DNA of 64,000 nucleotides from Oscillospiraceae bacterium (GTDB lineage Bacteria > Bacillota > Clostridia > Oscillospirales > Ruminococcaceae). The stretch is from assembly GCA_045541475.1 (NCBI GenBank), contig JAZQJI010000034.1, positions 3,088 to 67,087 of the forward strand, given 5' to 3'. The stretch's first letter is position 1, and each line of letters starts with the position of its first letter. The translations under genes were made by a program, and so were the position numbers. A model generated the notes under the pieces. The model ran no database searches, was not told the origin of the DNA, and was given only the letters and a program-made list of their open reading frames with translations. Shown here piece by piece: positions 47,671 to 56,526 of this stretch.

Positions 47671-49485
47671 ATGGCAATTTTTCTCGTCAATTCATTGAAG
47701 GGCGAAGATGTTCACGGAACGGACAATACCAAAAAAACTGCGTGCGGTATAAAGTATTCAACACCCGACGCAGCCAAGCTTTATGCTCTTGGAAAGGAAA
47801 TGGCCGACATTAAAGAACTTACTTGTGAGCGCTGTAAAGAAGTTCTTGCTGTGAAAATGATTAAGGAAGCAAACAAGCAGGCCGCTTTGGAAGCCAAGGA
47901 AGAACGCAAGAGAAACAAGGCGGCGTCTAAATCTGTCGATTATATTCCTGCTCCGGAAACAAAAACCAACTACACAGCACCTCGTCCTGTGCAGAAAAAT
48001 GTTCCTGCAAAGACCGAAAAGTCTGAAAAATCAACGCCTAAAGAGGACTTTAAGGTTAACGGCGAGTTTGTGCCCAAGTCATTAAGAAAGTACGGTAACG
48101 GAAGCACACTGGAAGAGGCTCAGAAAGCAGCCGAAGAAGCAAAGGCAGCTAAAGCCGCCGAAGAAGCCAAGAAGGCCGAAGAAGCCAAGAAGGCTGAAGA
48201 GGCTAAAAAGGCTGAAGAAGCTAAGGCTGCTGAAACCGCAGCTGCAGCTATTCCCGGTATTGCTCCTATAAATATTCCCGGTATTGAAATTGTTTCACCT
48301 GCGCCTACAGGATTTGTTTCTGAGGTTGCTGATGCTGCACCTGCACCCGCATCAAAACCTGTGATAGAGCCTATAAATATCCCCGGTATTGATATTGTTG
48401 CACCTGCACCCACGGGATTTGTTTCCGAGGTTGCTGATGCTGCACCTGCACCCACATCAAAACCCGTGATAGAGCCTATAAATATCCCCGGCATTGAAAC
48501 TGTTGAGCCTAAAAAACCCGTTGTGGATATGATAGATTTTTCTGATTTTGAAGATTTTCGCGTTAAATCAGATAAAAAAGCGCTTGATTTAGATGATCTT
48601 GATGATTTCTTGATTGGCGCATCTAAGAGCGAGCCTGCTGCACCCGTTATGCCCGAAATACCGAGCATACCCGAGGTTCCCACAGTGCCTGAAGTGCCCA
48701 CAGTACCGCAGTATACAGCACCTGCTGCACCCGTTATGCCCGAAATACCGAGCATACCCGAGGTGCCAACAGTGCCTGAAGTACCCACAGTACCACAGTA
48801 TACAGCACCTGCTGCACCCGCTATGCCAGAAATACCGAGCACACCCAAGGTTGCAGCAGTGCCTGAAGTGCCAACAGTACCGCAGTATACAGTACCTGTT
48901 GTACCTAAGGCTCCTGTCGTTGCACCGCTTGATTCTTCCAGGGTGCCTGTTGCGCCTTCGATTATTGAAGAAAAAACAATGGCAGAGGTTGAAAAGCCTT
49001 CCATCGTTTCTATGACAGAGCCTGTAAAGGTTGAAAGTCGTCCTAATATCCAGATGACAACCAATATAGACGATGATATTGTGATGAGTGTTCCCACCTT
49101 TGCCCCGAAGAGAGTCACACCTTCTCCCATTATGGAAGAAGAAAGTGCACCTGTTCCTGTAATTACATCTCTTGAGGATATGGAAAGAGCGCTCAACAAA
49201 ATGCAGGGTATTGATGTTGATGATACTGCTGATGATGAGGATGATGAACCCGAAGTGATCGTTCCTGCATTTAAAGAGTATAAGCCCATGACTAAGAGCG
49301 AGATTGAAAAGCGAAAGATGGAGCGTGCTCAGAAGCAGGAACCCGACAGACCGCTTACCAAGGCCGAGCAGAAGCGTCTTGAAAAGGAAGAAAAGAAAAA
49401 AGCTAAGATTGACGCTGAATTTGCAAAGGATATGGCAAAACGCGGTATCACTCTTGATTCGATGCGTGATAAGCGCAGAAGATAA
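47671..49485 (+). CDS. proline/alanine/glutamate-rich multi-repeat protein of unknown function (no signal peptide, basic C-terminus)
   Basis: Strong RBS AGGAGAACAAAGGAGG. Three in-frame tandem-repeat families: (EEAKKA)n; a 35-aa PINIPGIEIVSPAPTGFVSEVADAAPAPASKPVIE unit; a 29-aa APAAPVMPEIPSIPEVPTVPEVPTVPQYT unit. C-terminus is a K/R/E-rich helix. Confidence 0.75.
   Translation: MAIFLVNSLKGEDVHGTDNTKKTACGIKYSTPDAAKLYALGKEMADIKELTCERCKEVLAVKMIKEANKQAALEAKEERKRNKAASKSVDYIPAPETKTNYTAPRPVQKNVPAKTEKSEKSTPKEDFKVNGEFVPKSLRKYGNGSTLEEAQKAAEEAKAAKAAEEAKKAEEAKKAEEAKKAEEAKAAETAAAAIPGIAPINIPGIEIVSPAPTGFVSEVADAAPAPASKPVIEPINIPGIDIVAPAPTGFVSEVADAAPAPTSKPVIEPINIPGIETVEPKKPVVDMIDFSDFEDFRVKSDKKALDLDDLDDFLIGASKSEPAAPVMPEIPSIPEVPTVPEVPTVPQYTAPAAPVMPEIPSIPEVPTVPEVPTVPQYTAPAAPAMPEIPSTPKVAAVPEVPTVPQYTVPVVPKAPVVAPLDSSRVPVAPSIIEEKTMAEVEKPSIVSMTEPVKVESRPNIQMTTNIDDDIVMSVPTFAPKRVTPSPIMEEESAPVPVITSLEDMERALNKMQGIDVDDTADDEDDEPEVIVPAFKEYKPMTKSEIEKRKMERAQKQEPDRPLTKAEQKRLEKEEKKKAKIDAEFAKDMAKRGITLDSMRDKRRR
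48154..48231 (+). repeat. 18-bp tandem repeats (about 4-5 units) encoding EEAKKA
   Basis: gccgaagaagccaagaag / gctgaagaggctaaaaag units. Confidence 0.7.
48265..48510 (+). repeat. 105-bp tandem repeat x2.3 (35-aa unit)
   Basis: Units begin at 48265, 48370 and 48475. About 90% identical. Confidence 0.8.
48634..48894 (+). repeat. 87-bp tandem repeat x3 (29-aa Pro-rich unit)
   Basis: Units begin at 48634, 48721 and 48808. The first two are near identical. Confidence 0.8.
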
Positions 49486-49503
49486 ACCGATTTAATGGCA
49501 ATA

Positions 49504-49531
49504 AAAGCCGCTTGTAAAAGCGGCTTTTGAT
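49504..49531 (+). terminator. rho-independent terminator
   Basis: aaagccgc-ttgtaaaa-gcggcttt-tga. Confidence 0.7.
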
Positions 49532-49574
49532 GTGCATTGCGGCAAATTAAAACAATACACAAAAGGATAGAATT

Positions 49575-50525
49575 ATGAATATTTTTAAGCTTTCACCCGC
49601 ATTTAAAGATTATTTATGGGGCGGTAGCCGTCTTAAAACAGATTTTGGCAAAAATACCGATATAACACCGCTTGCTGAAAGCTGGGAGCTTTCCGTTCAC
49701 CCCGATGGCGAAAGTGTGATTGCAAACGGCGAATTTGAAGGCATGAGCTTTGCTGAGTTTGCAAAAAACAATCCCGAAAAATTAGGGCTTAACTGTGAAA
49801 AGTTTGAAAATTTCCCAATACTTATAAAGCTTATTGACGCTTTTGATAATCTTTCGGTTCAGGTTCACCCCGATAATGACTATGCTATGCGTGTTGAGGG
49901 TGAATACGGCAAAACTGAAATGTGGTATATTGTTGATTGTGATGATGATGCTTCGCTGATTTACGGCTTTAAGGATGAAATATCCAAGGAAGAATTTAAA
50001 AATTGTATAGAGCAGAACACACTGCTTTCAGTTGTAAACAGCGTTAAGGTAAATAAGGGCGATGTTTTCTTTATCCAAGCGGGTACGCTGCACGCAATCG
50101 GCAAGGGGATTTTAATTGCTGAAATCCAGCAGAATTCCAACACAACCTACCGCGTTTATGATTATGGCAGGGTTGGTGCAGATGGCAAACCAAGAGCTTT
50201 GCACGTTGAAAAAGCGCTTGACGTAACCAAGCTCGAAAAAGCACCGCAATATATCTGCGATGAAGAAAAGATTTTTGACGGCGCAAAAGTACGTAAGCTT
50301 GCTAAATGTGAATACTTTGATGTAAGTGAAATCTGCGTTGATGAAAAAATCGACATTATTGCGGATAAATCGTCATTTAACAGCTTGCTTTTTGTTGATG
50401 GAAAGGGTACAATAGAAAGTGATGGTATCACTTTGGAGTTTAAAAAAGGCGATAGCATTTTTGTAAGTGCAGATACTGAATATGCAATTTGCGGAAAATG
50501 CAAGGTTATACTGACAAAAATATAA
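49575..50525 (+). CDS. manA: mannose-6-phosphate isomerase, class I (short Firmicutes type)
   Basis: DYLWGG...ESWELSVHPDG N-terminal cupin signature, then QVHPD. 316 aa. Confidence 0.85.
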   Translation: MNIFKLSPAFKDYLWGGSRLKTDFGKNTDITPLAESWELSVHPDGESVIANGEFEGMSFAEFAKNNPEKLGLNCEKFENFPILIKLIDAFDNLSVQVHPDNDYAMRVEGEYGKTEMWYIVDCDDDASLIYGFKDEISKEEFKNCIEQNTLLSVVNSVKVNKGDVFFIQAGTLHAIGKGILIAEIQQNSNTTYRVYDYGRVGADGKPRALHVEKALDVTKLEKAPQYICDEEKIFDGAKVRKLAKCEYFDVSEICVDEKIDIIADKSSFNSLLFVDGKGTIESDGITLEFKKGDSIFVSADTEYAICGKCKVILTKI

Positions 50526-50565
50526 AAAGCAGCGTAACAAACGCTGAATATGGAGGAATTTTTTT

Positions 50566-51522
50566 ATGAAATATTACGTAGGTATTGATTTGGGCGGCAC
50601 TAACATTGTTGCAGGTGTTGTGGATGAAAACTATAACATTCTTTCAAAAGCAAGCAGAAAGACAAATTGTCCGAGAAGTGCTGAAGAAATTGCCGCTGAT
50701 ATGGGTGAGTGCGCAATTGAAGCAATTGCAAAGGCAAATTTAAATCAAAATGATATTGAGTGGATTGGTATAGGCACACCCGGTATTGCCAACAACGAAA
50801 CAGGCGTTATTGAATATGCCAACAACTTAGGCTTTAAGGATGTTCCCATGGCGGAATATATCAAGAGAAAGATTGATAAGCCCGTATATCTTGCAAACGA
50901 TGCAAACGCTGCCGCTTACGGCGAGTTTGTTGCAGGTGCAGCTAAGGGCGCCAAAAATGCTGTATGCATTACACTTGGCACAGGCGTTGGCGGCGGAATT
51001 ATCATTGACGGCAAGATTTATGCAGGTTCAAACTGTGCAGGTGCAGAAATCGGCCACATGGTTATTGAAGTTGATGGCCCCGATTGTACCTGCGGTATGA
51101 AGGGCTGTTTTGAGGTGTTCTCATCCGCAACCGGTCTTATCAGAATGAGCAAGGAAGCTATGGAGCAGGATAAAAACAGCGCTATGTGGAAGATTTCCGA
51201 AGAGCACAACGGCAAGGTAAGCGCACGCACATCATTTGATGCAATGCGCGCAGGTGACAAAACTGCAAAGGCTGTTGTGGATAAGTACATTAAATATCTT
51301 GCAATGGGCATTACAAACACAATCAATATATTCCAGCCTGATATTCTTTGCATAGGCGGTGGTGTTTGCAATGAAGGAGATACTCTGCTTCTTCCCGTAA
51401 AGGCACTTGTTGCTCAGAACGTTTACACAAGAAACAGCGATAAAAACACAGAAATTGTTATTGCAAAGCTCGGCAATGATGCAGGCATCATCGGTGCGGC
51501 TTTCCTTGGCAACGCACAATAA
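50566..51522 (+). CDS. glcK: ROK-family glucokinase
   Basis: YVGIDLGGTNIV N-terminus. ROK zinc motif CTCGMKGCFE. RBS GGAGGAA. Confidence 0.85.
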   Translation: MKYYVGIDLGGTNIVAGVVDENYNILSKASRKTNCPRSAEEIAADMGECAIEAIAKANLNQNDIEWIGIGTPGIANNETGVIEYANNLGFKDVPMAEYIKRKIDKPVYLANDANAAAYGEFVAGAAKGAKNAVCITLGTGVGGGIIIDGKIYAGSNCAGAEIGHMVIEVDGPDCTCGMKGCFEVFSSATGLIRMSKEAMEQDKNSAMWKISEEHNGKVSARTSFDAMRAGDKTAKAVVDKYIKYLAMGITNTINIFQPDILCIGGGVCNEGDTLLLPVKALVAQNVYTRNSDKNTEIVIAKLGNDAGIIGAAFLGNAQ

Positions 51523-51546
51523 TTTTTAAGGGAGATTGGCATTAAT

Positions 51547-52917
51547 ATGGGCAAGTATTTCGGCACGGACGGCTTCAGAGGCGAGGCAAACGTAACCCTT
51601 AATGTTGAGCACGCTTTTAAAGTTGGCAGATTTTTGGGTTGGTACTACCGTAAAAATTCGGGTAAGGAATGTAAAATCGTCATCGGTAAGGATACACGCC
51701 GTTCAAGCTATATGTTTGAGGATGCGCTTTGCGCAGGCCTTACGGCATCGGGCGCAAATGCATATCTTCTGCACGTAACAACAACTCCGTCGGTTTCGTA
51801 TGTGGTGCGTACTGAAGGTTTTGATTGCGGTATTATGATTTCTGCAAGTCACAACCCTTATTACGATAATGGTATTAAGCTGCTTAATGCAAGCGGTGAA
51901 AAAATGGAAGAAGATACAATCGCCCTTATAGAAAAATATCTTGACGGCGATTTGGAGTCTTTGGGTATTAGCGGTACCGATTTGCCCTATGCTACCGGTG
52001 ATGATATCGGCTATACGCAGGATTTCAGCGCAGGCAGAAACCGTTACATCGGATATCTGATTTCGCTTGCTGTATATTCTTTCAGAGGCAAAAAAATTGC
52101 ACTTGATTGCGCAAACGGCAGTGCGTGGATGATTGCAAAAAACATTTTTGATGCGCTTGGCGCACAAACACTCGTTATAAATGCAAGTCCAAATGGTTTG
52201 AATATTAACGAAAACGCAGGCTCCACACACATTTCGCACCTTTGCGAATATGTAAAGCAAAATGGTTGTGATGCAGGCTTTGCTTTTGACGGCGACGCTG
52301 ACCGTTGTCTTGCTGTTGATGAAAACGGCGATGTTATCGACGGCGATGCAATACTTTACATATACGGTGTATATCTTAAAAACAGAGGAAAGCTTTTAAA
52401 CAACACTGTTGTTACAACGGTAATGTCTAATTTCGGTCTTTACAAGGCGTTTGAAAACGCAGGCATTGATTACGAAAAAACTGATGTCGGCGATAAATAT
52501 GTTTACGAGTGTATGCAGAAAAAAGGCCACAGACTCGGCGGCGAGCAATCGGGACATATCATTTTCAGCAAATATGCAACTACGGGTGATGGCATCATTA
52601 CCGCTTTGAAAATGATGGAGGTTATGATTGCATCTAAACAGACTTTGAGCGAGCTTGCAAAGCCGTTTGTTAAGTATCCGCAGGTGCTTGTTAACGTAAG
52701 GGTTTCCGATAAGGCTAAAGTTCAAAATGATGAACGCGTTAAGGCGGCTATTGAAAAAGCTTCGGCAGAGCTTGGAAATTCCGGCAGAATTTTAGTGCGA
52801 GAAAGCGGAACAGAACCGCTTATCCGTGTTATGGCAGAAGCTGAAAGCGAGGAAATCTGCAAAAAGTTGACTAACGATATTGTAGCTGTTGTTGAAGAGG
52901 TTTCAAAGTCGCTGTAA
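51547..52917 (+). CDS. alpha-D-phosphohexomutase (GlmM-like phosphoglucosamine mutase / phosphomannomutase)
   Basis: MGKYFGTDGFRG N-terminus, phosphoserine loop ISASHNP, Mg site FDGDADR, sugar site GEQSGH. Confidence 0.8.
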   Translation: MGKYFGTDGFRGEANVTLNVEHAFKVGRFLGWYYRKNSGKECKIVIGKDTRRSSYMFEDALCAGLTASGANAYLLHVTTTPSVSYVVRTEGFDCGIMISASHNPYYDNGIKLLNASGEKMEEDTIALIEKYLDGDLESLGISGTDLPYATGDDIGYTQDFSAGRNRYIGYLISLAVYSFRGKKIALDCANGSAWMIAKNIFDALGAQTLVINASPNGLNINENAGSTHISHLCEYVKQNGCDAGFAFDGDADRCLAVDENGDVIDGDAILYIYGVYLKNRGKLLNNTVVTTVMSNFGLYKAFENAGIDYEKTDVGDKYVYECMQKKGHRLGGEQSGHIIFSKYATTGDGIITALKMMEVMIASKQTLSELAKPFVKYPQVLVNVRVSDKAKVQNDERVKAAIEKASAELGNSGRILVRESGTEPLIRVMAEAESEEICKKLTNDIVAVVEEVSKSL

Positions 52918-52941
52918 TTATATCTTGATACAAACGCAAAA

Positions 52942-52979
52942 ATACCCACTTGTGCAAACCAAGTGGGTATTATTTTTTT
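52942..52979. terminator. bidirectional rho-independent terminator
   Basis: atacccacttg-tgcaaac-caagtgggtat-tatttttttg with an A-run upstream. Confidence 0.75.
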
Positions 52980-52992
52980 GTCTTGTATTTGA

Positions 52993-53916
52993 TTATTGGG
53001 GAGTGAGATTTTGGTTTTCCGTTTCCTCGTTAATATCCTCGATTACTCCTTTTAAAGCGTTAAGGGCAACATCAAAATTGCGCTGCATTTCTTCGGTGTA
53101 TTTTGCATTTGGCACAACAGCACGCAAAGCAATGTACATATCGTCAACGGTTGGTTCTTCAACGCCGCACATAGCCTTAAAAGCGGTGCCGTCAACGTAA
53201 TAGCCGTAGTTGTTTATATTTTCGTCATCAATATAAAGCTCTAAATCGGCAAGCGTATCGCTCGGGTAAATAACGTCATCAAGTGAAGGGTCCGCAATAA
53301 TCAGCACGGTATCGCCCATTTGGAACTGCGCCGCCATTGAAGTGTTGTTGGAATGATAAATATCATTCGTTACGGCATCGTTGGAAGGGGAGTAGTACAG
53401 CAAAGCCACATTAACTTCGCCGTCGCCGTTAACGTCCTCGCAGTTTGCCTCAAAAAGCGAAATCAGGTTGCTTTGGTAATAATACATATCATTTTCAGGG
53501 CTAAGCAGCATTATATACATATCATACTTAACCTGCGTTACGGTATCGTAAATGATATAGCCCAAAATTGCCGCCATAAACACACCAAAGCCAAGCCACC
53601 ATTTGTTGTGGTAAAAAAATGTGGAAATCTTTTCTTTTAAGGTGTATTTTTTCTTCTCAGGGACGCTCTCTTGTTTCGGCTCTTCCTCAACGTTTTGCTT
53701 TTTCTTCAAAAGTTCAATTTTTTCGCGGTGCAGATTTTTTTCGTAAGCTTCACGCTCTGCACGCTGTGCTTCAATACGTTCCTGCTCTCTTCGCTCCGCT
53801 GCTTCAATGTCCTGCTGTTTCAACTCCTTCGCAACCTGCCATGCGCTTTTGGCAGGGCTTGATTTTTCCTCGTTATCAGCAGGATTTTCATTAATCCTTT
53901 CGTTTTCTGCTGCCAT
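52993..53916 (-). CDS. hypothetical bitopic membrane protein (cytoplasmic E/R/K-rich coiled coil, one TM, acidic extracellular domain)
   Basis: ERREQERIEAQRAEREAYEK coiled coil, then TM WWLGFGVFMAAILGYIIY, then D/Y-rich domain. Last gene of the fhs-tcdA operon. Confidence 0.55.
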   Translation of the reverse strand: MAAENERINENPADNEEKSSPAKSAWQVAKELKQQDIEAAERREQERIEAQRAEREAYEKNLHREKIELLKKKQNVEEEPKQESVPEKKKYTLKEKISTFFYHNKWWLGFGVFMAAILGYIIYDTVTQVKYDMYIMLLSPENDMYYYQSNLISLFEANCEDVNGDGEVNVALLYYSPSNDAVTNDIYHSNNTSMAAQFQMGDTVLIIADPSLDDVIYPSDTLADLELYIDDENINNYGYYVDGTAFKAMCGVEEPTVDDMYIALRAVVPNAKYTEEMQRNFDVALNALKGVIEDINEETENQNLTPQ

Positions 53917-53934
53917 TTTTTTCCTCTCAATGCA

Positions 53935-54639
53935 TTACTTAAAGCAAATATCTTTTATAATTTCGCCCGCAAGCATTAAGCCTGCGCTTGAAGGCACATA
54001 AGATATACTGCCGATTATTTTCTTTATATCTTTATCTTGATTTTCATCAACCGTTGGTTTTATAGCCTCTTCGGAAGAAAAAACCACTTTAAGTTTTTCT
54101 ATTTTGCGTTTGCGCAGTTCGTGTCGCATTACCCTTGCAAGTGGACACCCCGATGTTTCAAAAATATCTTTAACTTCAAAAGCACCGCAATCAAGCCTGT
54201 TTCCTGCGCCCATGCATGATATTATCGGAATGCCGAGTTTATTTGCATTTTCTATAAGCTTAAGCTTGCTCGCAACCGTATCTATACAATCAGCAATATA
54301 ATCAATATCATCAAGGTTAATTTCATCGCCCGTGTAAAAGCAGTTGTGTGCAAAAACCTCAGCATCGGGGTTGATATCGGCAAATCTTTGCTTTGCCACC
54401 TGCACCTTTGGTATGCCAATGGTGGATTTTAACGCAAACAGTTGGCGGTTAAGGTTGGTTTCATCAAATACTTCTCCGTCAACAATAGTTATTTTGCCCA
54501 CGCCTGCACGCACAAGAGCTTCTGCTGTAAACGAGCCGACACCGCCTATGCCAAATATGGCAACATGGGCGTTTTTTAAATTTTCAACGCCCTTTGTGCC
54601 AACAAGCATTTTTGTGCGTGTATAAATATCGTTTGCCAT
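53935..54639 (-). CDS. tcdA: tRNA threonylcarbamoyladenosine dehydratase (ThiF/MoeB-family, TcdA/CsdL)
   Basis: AHVAIFGIGGVGSFTAEALVRAGVGKITIVDGEVFDETNLNRQ nucleotide-binding motif. 234 aa. Confidence 0.8.
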   Translation of the reverse strand: MANDIYTRTKMLVGTKGVENLKNAHVAIFGIGGVGSFTAEALVRAGVGKITIVDGEVFDETNLNRQLFALKSTIGIPKVQVAKQRFADINPDAEVFAHNCFYTGDEINLDDIDYIADCIDTVASKLKLIENANKLGIPIISCMGAGNRLDCGAFEVKDIFETSGCPLARVMRHELRKRKIEKLKVVFSSEEAIKPTVDENQDKDIKKIIGSISYVPSSAGLMLAGEIIKDICFK

Positions 54640-54642
54640 ATA

Positions 54643-56313
54643 TCAGAAAAGACCCGTAATGTTGCCGTTGTCATCACAATCGATTTTAAGTGCCGCAGGA
54701 ACCTTAGGAAGCCCGGGCATTGTCATGATATCGCCGGTTAACGCCACAACAAAGCCTGCACCAAGCGAGGGACGCACATCGCGCACGGTAATTCTGTAAT
54801 TTTCGGGCAAGCCGAGCTTTGCAGGGTCGTCCGAGAGTGAATACTGTGTTTTTGCCACGCAAACGGGTGTTTTGTCCGCTCCGATTGCGGTTAAATCCGC
54901 AATTGCTTTTTCAGCCTGTGCTGTAAAGTTTACGCCGTCGGCACGGTAAATTTCTTTTGCAATTATTTCTATCTTTTCTTTTATGCTTAAGTTTTCGTCG
55001 TAAATCGGTGCAAATTCAGAAGGCTGTGTGTCAATGCTCTCACAAACTGCCTTTGCAAGCTCAATTCCGCCATCGCCGCCCTTTGCAAACACCTCACAAA
55101 GCTCGCATTTAGCACCGCTTTGTTCGCAAACGCTTCTCACAAGTGCAATCTCAGCATCGCTGTCACTTGCAAATCTGTTAATAGCAACCACAACGGGCAC
55201 GCCAAATTTGCGCAGATTTTCGATGTGTGCTTTGAGATTTGTGCTGCCTTTTGCCAAGGCTTCAACGTTTTCGTTTGCCAAATCTGCTTTAGCAACGCCG
55301 CCGTTATACTTAAGCGCACGGATTGTAGCAACAAGTACCACGCAGGCAGGCTTTAGCTTTGCAAAACGGCATTTTATATCAAAGAATTTTTCTGCGCCCA
55401 AATCGGAGCCGAAACCTGCTTCGGTGACGCAGTAATCACCAAGTTTTAACGCAAGTTTTGTAGCGCGTACTGAGTTGCAGCCGTGTGCGATATTTGCAAA
55501 AGGTCCGCCGTGAATAAATGCGGGGGTGTTTTCCAAAGTCTGCACAAGATTGGGCTTTAAAGCATCCTTTAAAAGTGCTGTCATTGCACCCTGTGCGCCG
55601 ATATCGCCTGCATAAACGGGTTTGTTATCAAGAGAATATGCAACCAAAATATTGGAAATGCGATTTTTAAGGTCTGCCAAATCATCAGCAAGACAGAGAA
55701 TAGCCATAATTTCAGATGCAACGGTAATCTGGAAACCGTCCTCTCGGGGTGTTCCGTTAACCTTGCCGCCCATGCCGCATACAATGTTGCGCAGCTGACG
55801 GTCATTCATATCCACACAGCGCTTGAAAAGTACACGTCTTGTATCAATTTTAAGTTCGTTTCCCTGCTGAATGTGATTATCTATCATAGCGCAAAGCAGA
55901 TTGTTTGCCGCACTGATTGCGTGCATATCGCCCGTAAAGTGAAGGTTTATGTCTTCCATGGGCACAACCTGGGCGTATCCGCCGCCTGCAGCACCGCCTT
56001 TAATGCCAAAAACGGGACCAAGCGATGGCTCACGCAGGGCAAGCACACATTTTTTGCCGATTTTCTTCATTGCCATTGCAAGACCTGTGCTTACGGTTGT
56101 TTTGCCTTCGCCCGCAGGTGTGGGGTTGATAGCTGTTACAAGAATAAGCTTTCCGTCTTCGTTTTCTTGTGATTTTTTGATAAATTCTTCACTGATTTTT
56201 GCCTTGTAATGACCGTAGGGCTCGATATATTCTTCGGAGATACCCAAATCAGCAGCAATTTCATTAATTCTTTTCATCTTTGCGCTCTGCGCAATTTCAA
56301 TATCGCTAAGCAT
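54643..56313 (-). CDS. fhs: formate--tetrahydrofolate ligase
   Basis: [11 protein letters not shown]-loop, full-length FTHFS (556 aa). Confidence 0.95.
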   Translation of the reverse strand: MLSDIEIAQSAKMKRINEIAADLGISEEYIEPYGHYKAKISEEFIKKSQENEDGKLILVTAINPTPAGEGKTTVSTGLAMAMKKIGKKCVLALREPSLGPVFGIKGGAAGGGYAQVVPMEDINLHFTGDMHAISAANNLLCAMIDNHIQQGNELKIDTRRVLFKRCVDMNDRQLRNIVCGMGGKVNGTPREDGFQITVASEIMAILCLADDLADLKNRISNILVAYSLDNKPVYAGDIGAQGAMTALLKDALKPNLVQTLENTPAFIHGGPFANIAHGCNSVRATKLALKLGDYCVTEAGFGSDLGAEKFFDIKCRFAKLKPACVVLVATIRALKYNGGVAKADLANENVEALAKGSTNLKAHIENLRKFGVPVVVAINRFASDSDAEIALVRSVCEQSGAKCELCEVFAKGGDGGIELAKAVCESIDTQPSEFAPIYDENLSIKEKIEIIAKEIYRADGVNFTAQAEKAIADLTAIGADKTPVCVAKTQYSLSDDPAKLGLPENYRITVRDVRPSLGAGFVVALTGDIMTMPGLPKVPAALKIDCDDNGNITGLF

Positions 56314-56461
56314 ATATAAAATCCTCCGTTTTCAAAAAGATAAAGCGTCAAGCTATATATTAATATATTATCATTTTTAACCGCATTTTGCAAGCTATTT
56401 TGCCCATTATCTGACAAAAAATCTGAAATGCATCAGAAATTTGCAAAAATGGAAAAAACCT

Positions 56462-56490
56462 ATTGAAATTTTTTATAATATAAGGTATAA
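56462..56490 (+). promoter_or_regulatory. sigma-A promoter TTGAAA-17-TATAAT for yfhO
   Basis: ttgaaattttttataatataaggtataat. Confidence 0.5.
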
Positions 56491-56526
56491 TAAGTTTTAT
56501 CTACGATATCTTAAAAGGAGGTCAAA

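Noticed and set aside
48154-48894. Tandem DNA repeats considered as a possible CRISPR array or minisatellite
   Set aside because: Repeats are 18, 105 and 87 bp with no spacer structure, and all lie in-frame within one ORF. They are coding repeats.
48120-49289. 389-aa minus-strand ORF rich in Gly/Ser/Thr antisense to the repeat protein
   Set aside because: Artefact of reading the Pro/Ala/Glu tandem repeats backwards. No RBS or promoter. The plus-strand gene has strong RBS, promoter and terminator.
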